From Candidatus Eiseniibacteriota bacterium (lineage in GTDB: Bacteria; Orphanbacterota; Orphanbacteria; Orphanbacterales; Orphanbacteraceae): 41,182 nt of DNA. The position numbers were made by a program, and so were the translations under genes. The DNA is taken from the NCBI GenBank assembly GCA_043809585.1, contig JBDROZ010000099.1, positions 1-41,182 of the forward strand. The letters run 5' to 3'. A model generated the notes under the pieces. That model was given only the letters and a program-made list of their open reading frames with translations. It was not told the origin of the DNA and searched no databases. Position 1 is the stretch's first letter. Each line of letters opens with the position of its first letter. Of this stretch, positions 34,624-41,182 are shown one piece after another.

Positions 34624-36146
34624 GACGGTTCGCGGCCCCCGTCGTCCTCCTGACCTTGCTCGTTCCCTGTCTCGCCGGGGCGGTCACCCGGATCGAGGGG
34701 GAGTACCAGCTCCAGCTCGACATCCGGAAACAGGATCGCAATTTCCCGTGGGACTTCGAGTCGAACAACAACGATACTTACGCGGCGAGCCAGTTCCGCA
34801 TCTTCACCGCCCCCCGGTCGGGGGTGGAGGCGTTCGTCAAGGTCGAAGCGGACTGGTACACCGGGGGGAACGAGAACGACCGGCCCCAGTACCATTACCG
34901 GGAATCGCACATGCGCTTCTTCAAAGAGTTCGGCGCCGGAAAGCCGATCGCCGAGGCGTACCTCTTCTCCCGGCAGGACCGTTTTTGGGTCGAGAACCAC
35001 CTGATCGGCGTGGTTCAGACCGATCCGGCGAAGGACGGGGACAACGCCCAGGGTGTGCGGTTCAATCTGAAGAACGGCCGGTGGGAGGATGTCCTCTCCT
35101 ACATCTACAGCGATTTTTCGAGCCAGTCCCGGGTCGGCGGGGAAACGCCGCCCCCCCGCTCGGACGACGCCCACATCTTCCGTTTCCGCCCGGTTCTCAC
35201 CGAGAGGACGCGTCTCGGGACCACCTACAACCGGAAGGTGGAAGCCCAGGACGGAGAGATGGGCTACAACGAAGTGTACGCCTTCGACGGGCGCTACACG
35301 TTCGGAAACAACATCGACTTCTACCTCGAGTACGCGAGCAGCAAGCGGCGGGGCCCGGCGGCCCAAGACGAGGACGGCTTCCACCTGGGCGACTGGGAGG
35401 TCGACCGGTTCGCGGCCGCCCTCCCGCGAAACGCCGCATTGAAGGCCGAACTTCGATCGATCAGTGTCGGCACGCCGACCCTCGGCTACTACAACATCGC
35501 GCCTCTCTACTACTACTTCGGTCCCGACTTCTCCGACTACCTCGGGGAGAGCACCAATGACCTGGTCGGCTGGAAGCTGAACACCTGGTACCTGCTGCCG
35601 AAGCGGGCGATCACCGTCTCCCTCGACTACGAGGAGTGGGAGAGATACGTGTTCGAGCAGAAGACCTTCACCAAGTGGCGCGCCGAGATCTACACGGAGT
35701 ACGTGAACGGGTTCACGAGCAAGATCTGGTACGACCGGAACCGCACCGTGGACACGAGCAACCCGTTCTTCGACGAGATCACGAAGAACTACGACCTCTT
35801 CGCCGAGGTCCAGGTGGAGAGCCGTCTCGCCTGGATGCGGGTGCAGGGGAAGCTGAAGGATCTCGAAACGGACCTCAAGAAGGAGCTCGTCTCCCTCGAG
35901 ACGGCGGTGAACATCACCGACAGGCTCAAGATCTACAGCCGGTACGCCTTCGGCAACGACCCGGCGAGGCTCAGGAAGGGGCTCTTCTCGGAGCTCCAGT
36001 ACCGGCCCCAGCAGAACATGGAACTTTTCCTTTCCTACGGCCCGTTCTGGATCGGCGACGACGCCGTCCCGGTGAACGACGGCGACCTCGCCGGCGGGGC
36101 CGACAACAAGGACATGATCCGGTTGATCGTGAAAGGCAATTTCTAG
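34620..36146 (+). CDS. Putative outer-membrane beta-barrel protein of unknown family
   Basis: Signal peptide MRRFAAPVVLLTLLVPCLAGA; aromatic-rich alternating strands; C-terminal beta-signal DMIRLIVKGNF. Confidence 0.72.
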   Translation: MRRFAAPVVLLTLLVPCLAGAVTRIEGEYQLQLDIRKQDRNFPWDFESNNNDTYAASQFRIFTAPRSGVEAFVKVEADWYTGGNENDRPQYHYRESHMRFFKEFGAGKPIAEAYLFSRQDRFWVENHLIGVVQTDPAKDGDNAQGVRFNLKNGRWEDVLSYIYSDFSSQSRVGGETPPPRSDDAHIFRFRPVLTERTRLGTTYNRKVEAQDGEMGYNEVYAFDGRYTFGNNIDFYLEYASSKRRGPAAQDEDGFHLGDWEVDRFAAALPRNAALKAELRSISVGTPTLGYYNIAPLYYYFGPDFSDYLGESTNDLVGWKLNTWYLLPKRAITVSLDYEEWERYVFEQKTFTKWRAEIYTEYVNGFTSKIWYDRNRTVDTSNPFFDEITKNYDLFAEVQVESRLAWMRVQGKLKDLETDLKKELVSLETAVNITDRLKIYSRYAFGNDPARLRKGLFSELQYRPQQNMELFLSYGPFWIGDDAVPVNDGDLAGGADNKDMIRLIVKGNF

Positions 36147-36157
36147 GAGTGGATCCC

Positions 36158-38362
36158 ATGAGATCGACGTTGGCACGAACGGCAGTGACGCTCCTCGCCC
36201 TCATCACGGCGATCTCCGCGGCCGAAGCCGGTGTGGAGGCCGTGGAGGGGGGGATCCGCTTCACGTACGAGGACGCCTATGCGACCCGGGTCTCCCTCGC
36301 GGGGGTCTTCAACAACTGGAGCGCCACCGCGAACCCCATGACGAAAGAGGACGGGGTCTGGACGATCACGGTCGCACTCGGTCCGGGGAAGCACGAGTAC
36401 AAGTTCGTGGTGGACAACCAGTGGATCGCCGACCCCGACAACCCGGTCACGGCCGGCGAGTACGGCAACTCGGTGGTGAACGTCGGCCCGGACGGCGACA
36501 TCGTCGCCATGGCCGCCACGTCGAACACGGCGTATTCGGCGAAGATCCTCCTCGGCGGGAGGATGATCAGCCGCTTCATCAGCCGTCAGAACTCAGGCCG
36601 GGGGGACCGGTACGAGCTCGAGCGCCCGACGATGGACCTCGATCTCGACTGGAAGATCCGGGCGAACGACTACCTCGACCTCCACATGATCACGACGATC
36701 AACAACGAGAACGAGGAGGCGGTGACCGACTTCTGGAAGACGAGCCTCCACTTCGACCGCGGATCGGTCCTCTTCCACAAGAACGAGTTCCGTCTTCTCA
36801 TGTTCGACAACGAGTCGGCGGGCGTCTTCGACGACCCCCTCCGTCTCGTCGGCGACATCGGGATCTATCATCACGACTTCGGATTCCGGCAGCAGGGCGC
36901 CCGGGCCGACTACTCCTGGAAGGGCGTCGACATGGCGCTGCTCTACTCCGACGACTTCCAGAACGGAGGGACCTTCGGGAGCACGGTGGATTCCCTGGGT
37001 GTGGTGAGCATTGGAGCCGTGTTCGACAGCGCCAAGTCCACGTACCGGATCTGGAGAAGTGAAGTCGCGAACTACCAAGTGTCCGACACGGACAACGACA
37101 AGGACGTGCTCGCCTTCCGGGCGAAGTTACCGGCGATCAGGGACATCCGGGTCGGCACGTCCTGGCGGTTCGACCGGGGCTACAACCCCGGGTTTCTCTC
37201 GACGATCGAGGCGGACGGAGAAGACTCGACCATGACCCGAGGGGTCTACCGTCTCTTCGGTGAGACATGGGAACGATGGTGGGGGGGAGGCGCGGACCTC
37301 GCCGCCGGCGGCCTCGAGAAGCCGTGGAGCTTGAGGGCCGAGGTCCTCGTGGGGCGGGCCGAGATCGATGCCATGGCCGGCGGCGAGATGGACGTGCTGG
37401 TCGAGACGGCGGTGACGTACGACACGCTGGAGGTCACGGCCCGGGACACCCTCGTGGACACCCTGTACATGCCGGTCCTGACAGGTGTCTCGGACCCGAG
37501 GCAGATCGACGACAGGAGTTTCGATGTCGACCGGTCGGAGCGCTATCTCCTCGGAGGCGACATCCGCCTGGACGGCCTCGGCATGAAGCTCTCCGCCGAT
37601 TGGGAGAGGGAGACCCACGAGCAGGGCTTCTACGCCACGGGCCTCTGGGACACCCTGGAGAACTCGCTGGACATCTACCGGCTCGGCGTGAGCAAGAGAG
37701 TGGAGAGCTTCCTCGGCCGCCCGTGGGGTCTCGCACTGGAGACGGAGGTCTACGACTTCGATTACGACCCCGAGACCCCGTGGCGGAACCAGTTCTGGTT
37801 CGACACCCGAAACTTCTGGCTCGAGCAGAGCGAGCACGAGGTTTCCGTGGATCGCATGGTCCTCTTGGGCGGGCGGAACGCCTCCTTCGTGAAGCCCGTC
37901 CTGACGACCACGCTCTGGGCTGCCCACGACCTCGAGTTCACCTGGCGGGGGAATTTCGCCGGGGTCGACCTGGACAAGGACCCGAAATACACGGAGAATC
38001 TCTTCCAGTTGGAGGCCCGGCCGTGGAAAAAGGTCCGCCTCTACTCGGACACCAGGCTCGTCAAGTACAACGACCCCGTCCTCGCCATCTTCGGATCGTG
38101 GTGGTCCACCTTCGCCGAGGCGGCGTACGAGGTGGCCGAAGGGATCGAGGTCTCTCTCTCCTACGGGGTCGACCCCTTCATCGTCGACGAGACCACCAAC
38201 GAGTTCGACGCCATCGGCCGGGATCTCTTCCTCTTCGAGCGGGGCGCCAACGGAGACGTGGCCCGGCGGAGCTTCTCCGGTCTGGGCACGGCCATTCCGG
38301 AGGCGGAGCAGGCCCTCGAGGACGAGAGGCGGATCCAGATCGAAGGGATCGTAAGGTTCTAG
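36158..38362 (+). CDS. CBM48-like glycogen-binding domain fused to a putative outer-membrane beta-barrel
   Basis: Signal peptide; RVSLAGVFNNWS...M...GVW...LGPGKHEYKFVVDNQWIADPDNP...GEYGNSVV; long aromatic beta-rich region ending RRIQIEGIVRF. Confidence 0.75.
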   Translation: MRSTLARTAVTLLALITAISAAEAGVEAVEGGIRFTYEDAYATRVSLAGVFNNWSATANPMTKEDGVWTITVALGPGKHEYKFVVDNQWIADPDNPVTAGEYGNSVVNVGPDGDIVAMAATSNTAYSAKILLGGRMISRFISRQNSGRGDRYELERPTMDLDLDWKIRANDYLDLHMITTINNENEEAVTDFWKTSLHFDRGSVLFHKNEFRLLMFDNESAGVFDDPLRLVGDIGIYHHDFGFRQQGARADYSWKGVDMALLYSDDFQNGGTFGSTVDSLGVVSIGAVFDSAKSTYRIWRSEVANYQVSDTDNDKDVLAFRAKLPAIRDIRVGTSWRFDRGYNPGFLSTIEADGEDSTMTRGVYRLFGETWERWWGGGADLAAGGLEKPWSLRAEVLVGRAEIDAMAGGEMDVLVETAVTYDTLEVTARDTLVDTLYMPVLTGVSDPRQIDDRSFDVDRSERYLLGGDIRLDGLGMKLSADWERETHEQGFYATGLWDTLENSLDIYRLGVSKRVESFLGRPWGLALETEVYDFDYDPETPWRNQFWFDTRNFWLEQSEHEVSVDRMVLLGGRNASFVKPVLTTTLWAAHDLEFTWRGNFAGVDLDKDPKYTENLFQLEARPWKKVRLYSDTRLVKYNDPVLAIFGSWWSTFAEAAYEVAEGIEVSLSYGVDPFIVDETTNEFDAIGRDLFLFERGANGDVARRSFSGLGTAIPEAEQALEDERRIQIEGIVRF

Positions 38363-38369
38363 GAGGCGA

Positions 38370-38795
38370 GTGGTGAGCTCGGGGATTTTGAGATCGAGAT
38401 GGATCCGCGGCGCGGCGATCGCGTGGGCCGTGATCGGGCTCTCCGGGTGCGGGGGGCTCTCCTTCGTCAAACGGCGCCTTCCTCCCCCCTACGCCGTGGA
38501 GGAGGGGGTCCTCTTCCAGTTCGAGGCCCCCTCGGCCCAGCGGGTGCAGCTCGCCGGCAACTGGCCGGACAACAATTGGCTCCGGGGCCGGGCGGAAACG
38601 GGGAGCTATCTGATCGGCCTGATGGAGGATCCGGACAAGGACGGCATTTGGACCCTCGTGGTCGAGCTCCCGCCGGGCAGGTACCAGTACAAGTTCGTGG
38701 TCGACGAACACACCTGGAAAGAAGATCCGAACAACCCTCAGCGGGTGAATGACGGTTATGGAGGAAACAACTCCCTCCTCGTCGTGGACCGGTAG
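38370..38795 (+). CDS. Small lipoprotein consisting of a CBM48/AMPK-beta-like glycogen-binding domain
   Basis: Lipobox LSGC; VQLAGNW...M..PDKDGIW...LPPGRYQYKFVVD...W..DPNNP...DGYGGNNSLL. Confidence 0.85.
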   Translation: MVSSGILRSRWIRGAAIAWAVIGLSGCGGLSFVKRRLPPPYAVEEGVLFQFEAPSAQRVQLAGNWPDNNWLRGRAETGSYLIGLMEDPDKDGIWTLVVELPPGRYQYKFVVDEHTWKEDPNNPQRVNDGYGGNNSLLVVDR

Positions 38796-38807
38796 GAGAG
38801 TGATCTG

Positions 38808-41111
38808 ATGAGACGAAGAGCCACGGGATGGGCGGTCTTCGGCGTCGTCGCCCTCGTGATCCTGGCGGCGGCCGTTCGATGCGGCGACAACCTGAACTAT
38901 CCTCTCCTCGATCCTTCGACGGGGACGCCGAACGCCATCGTCGCGGAAGGCGTACTGTCGGGGGTCCTCTTCTGGGGCGACGGGGCGCCCGCCCCCCCCT
39001 ATCCGACAACCGTGGTCTACGCCCTCCGGAGCTACGATGACTCCTGCACGGGCGGTCCGACCTCGATCCACGTGACCGGCGTGTACAATGGCTGGGACAC
39101 GAGCACGTGGGAATCGGAGCCGGGCATGACCGAGATCTTCCCCTGCTATTGGGTGGAGGCGATCGACCTGGCCCCCGAAGAGCAGTTCGCGTGGAAGTTC
39201 GTCACTAGCAAGTCGTGGGACGGCAGTTACGCGAGCGGCGGAGGCTCGGTGGACGCGACCGCCCGCCGGGGAACCACGACGCCGGACAACGGCGGAGATC
39301 TTCAGGTGTCCATCCCGTCGGCGGGCGAATACTGGTTCCTGCTCAACGCTTCGGGCAGTCCGGGGCTTTTCCAGATCGCGACCGGAGAGGAGGTCCCCTG
39401 GGACACGACGGGGGGAAGCCGGGATTCGTTCTCCATCGACAACCTCGAATCGGGTCTCTACACGCTGGTCATCCACGTGCCCGACGGGGAGGAGGACTTT
39501 CCCGTCAGCTATCGGAGGATCCGCATCTCCGGCGACCAGGGGGTCGATCTGGGCGTCGTCCGAGTCATCCTGACCGGCGAGATCCGGGGGACGCTCGCCT
39601 TCGCCGACTCTCCGCCCGCGACGCCGCCGGCCGAGATCTACGTCTCCGTCTCCTCCACGGGAGTCCCGGTCGACACCGTCTCGCTCGACGCCGGGGAGAC
39701 GGAGTTCTCCCTCACGTCCCTTCTCGAAGACGAGTACGACCTCTGGATTCACACGGCGAGCTACGTGGACACGGTTCTCACCGATGTCGAGTTCGTTCTG
39801 GGCCGGGAGATCGACCTCGGCACGATCACCCTCGCCCGGGGGGGCGCCGTGAGCGGCACCGTCGCTCTGTCGGACGATCCGGGCAGCCGGCCGGCAATCT
39901 CCGTCTTCTACGAGAACCCGGCCACGGGGGACCGTCTCGCGCGGACCGTCGCCGACGGGTCGGACGGATCGTTCCTCCTGGACGGCGTGCCGCCCGGGCT
40001 CCGGGAGATCGGTTTCGAGGCCCGGAGATACCGGGACACGACTCTCGTCGACGTCGTGATCGCGGCCGCGGAGACCACCGATGTCGGCACGGTCACCCTC
40101 GACCCCGGCTGCGTGAGCGTGGCGACGACGATTCACCTGCTCGGCGAGTTCAACGGCTGGAACGAGGGGCTCTTCAACTCCGATCCGGGGATGATCCAGT
40201 CGGAGAGCTGCCTCTGGCGGGACACGGTGGACCTGTTCCCATCCATCCTCCCCGATCCGGAGTTCAAGTTCGTGACCGACAAGGCGTACGCCAGTCCGCC
40301 GGACTACGGTCTCTGTGACGGCGCGGCGTACGGTTCCCTCACGGGGCCGATCTGCCTCATCGGGCCGGGGCCCCCCCTGAACCTCGTCCTCACGGATGCC
40401 GGCACACCGGGGAGGTACGCCTTCAAGCTCGACGAGGACTCGCTGATCTATCGCGCGACGCTTCTCGAGGAGTTCACCGGGAGCGTCACCGGGACGATCG
40501 CCTATGACACCGGCCTCCTGCCCCCCTTCCCGGCGGCATCGGTCACGGCGAAGCGGGCGAGTGATTCCCTCGTCCTCGCGACCGTCTCGATCGACCCGGG
40601 CACGGGCGCCTTCGCCGTGACCGGGCTTCCCGGCGGAACGTTCATCGTCGAGATCTCGGGGTCGAATTTCCGGGACACGCTGTTCACCGGCATCGTCGTG
40701 CCCGACGGCGGGGCCGTCGACCTCGGCACGATCACGGTGACCGAGGTGGTCTTCCAATCGGAATTCACCGTCATCCGCGTGGTCGGGGACTTCAACAACT
40801 GGGACGTCGGCCGGCCGAGCATGAAACAGATCGAACCGGGCGTTTGGGTCGACACGATCACGGTCGCGGCGAGGCCGCCGGACAACTGCCACTTCATGAA
40901 ATTCCGCACCGCGAACGACTGGGGGGCGAACGACTACCACAACTGCGGAGACCAAGACAACACCTGCTCCGCGCCCCTCACGGGACCGGTCTGCACGAAC
41001 ACCGGCAACAGCGATCCGCCGGCGCTCGGCAAGATGCGCCTCGATCCGGGCACCTACGAGTTCCGACTGGACGAGGTGAACCGCACCTACGCGGTCACTC
41101 TGATCCCGTAG
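38808..41111 (+). CDS. Modular lipoprotein with three SusE/SusF-like starch-binding modules and carboxypeptidase-regulatory-like spacers
   Basis: Signal ending AAVRC; modules IHVTGVYNGWD..M..W..WKFVT, IHLLGEFNGWN..M..W..FKFVT and IRVVGDFNNWD..M..W..MKFRTANDWG; spacers GxxxGTx...GxFxxxGxPxG...YxDT. Confidence 0.68.
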   Translation: MRRRATGWAVFGVVALVILAAAVRCGDNLNYPLLDPSTGTPNAIVAEGVLSGVLFWGDGAPAPPYPTTVVYALRSYDDSCTGGPTSIHVTGVYNGWDTSTWESEPGMTEIFPCYWVEAIDLAPEEQFAWKFVTSKSWDGSYASGGGSVDATARRGTTTPDNGGDLQVSIPSAGEYWFLLNASGSPGLFQIATGEEVPWDTTGGSRDSFSIDNLESGLYTLVIHVPDGEEDFPVSYRRIRISGDQGVDLGVVRVILTGEIRGTLAFADSPPATPPAEIYVSVSSTGVPVDTVSLDAGETEFSLTSLLEDEYDLWIHTASYVDTVLTDVEFVLGREIDLGTITLARGGAVSGTVALSDDPGSRPAISVFYENPATGDRLARTVADGSDGSFLLDGVPPGLREIGFEARRYRDTTLVDVVIAAAETTDVGTVTLDPGCVSVATTIHLLGEFNGWNEGLFNSDPGMIQSESCLWRDTVDLFPSILPDPEFKFVTDKAYASPPDYGLCDGAAYGSLTGPICLIGPGPPLNLVLTDAGTPGRYAFKLDEDSLIYRATLLEEFTGSVTGTIAYDTGLLPPFPAASVTAKRASDSLVLATVSIDPGTGAFAVTGLPGGTFIVEISGSNFRDTLFTGIVVPDGGAVDLGTITVTEVVFQSEFTVIRVVGDFNNWDVGRPSMKQIEPGVWVDTITVAARPPDNCHFMKFRTANDWGANDYHNCGDQDNTCSAPLTGPVCTNTGNSDPPALGKMRLDPGTYEFRLDEVNRTYAVTLIP

Positions 41112-41182
41112 GGGAGGTGGGGTCGTCGAAGGCACCGTCCGGGCGCCGGCCGCTCCGCCCGCGCCCGTCTCTTTCGAGGAGG

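Noticed and set aside
38178-41135. 985-aa minus-strand ORF (and similar long antisense ORFs at 13518..15506, 34581..36176, 25425..26996)
   Set aside because: Arg/Gly/Pro-rich, motif-free shadows of well-supported genes on the opposite strand.
1-41182. CRISPR array, tRNA, rRNA, transposase or integrase genes
   Set aside because: No regularly spaced repeats, cloverleaf/rRNA signatures or recombinase/transposase motifs were seen by eye.

Overview
A GC-rich bacterial window. PorV-like barrels, FlgD-Ig/T9SS-type C-terminal domains, many lipoproteins and a C-terminal 'SWG-x-x-KK-x-FR' tag suggest an FCB-related candidate phylum (e.g. Eisenbacteria/Latescibacterota/Krumholzibacteria-like); this is inference only. 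Left to right: (1) end of a MalF/MalG-type sugar ABC operon, a frameshifted lipoprotein metallophosphoesterase, msrB and a choice-of-anchor A protein (1-4.9 kb). (2) A more AT-rich, decayed accessory island (about 4.9-10.6 kb) with two separate comM/yifB 3' remnants, an att-like dyad at the comM MNPCPCG codons, an XRE-HTH remnant, one intact and one fragmentary GT-C-like membrane gene, a collapsed HTH gene, a tandem DUF1566 protein and an orphan group II intron domain V-VI. (3) Mostly ordinary genes: DinB, DUF3298/RsiV, YceH, DUF4197, a CTD-bearing phosphoesterase, a degenerate DEDD+GIY-YIG gene coupled to an SbcD-like nuclease, TonB receptor+DUF4249, an FN3 lipoprotein, an RRM protein, a cupin and a Na/Pi cotransporter (10.7-25.3 kb). 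(4) A divergent alpha-glucan locus (25.4-41.1 kb). On the minus strand are a secreted GH57 with CTD and an exported CBM48-CBM48-GH13. On the plus strand is a tight operon of a CTD protein, a PorV-like barrel, a second barrel, a CBM48-fused barrel, a CBM48 lipoprotein and a SusE/F-like lipoprotein, with no SusC/SusD visible. The best candidates for undescribed biology are this SusCD-independent starch/glycogen capture system and the C-terminal SWG-x-x-KK-x-FR sorting tag. All family calls come from motif recognition by eye, not database searches.
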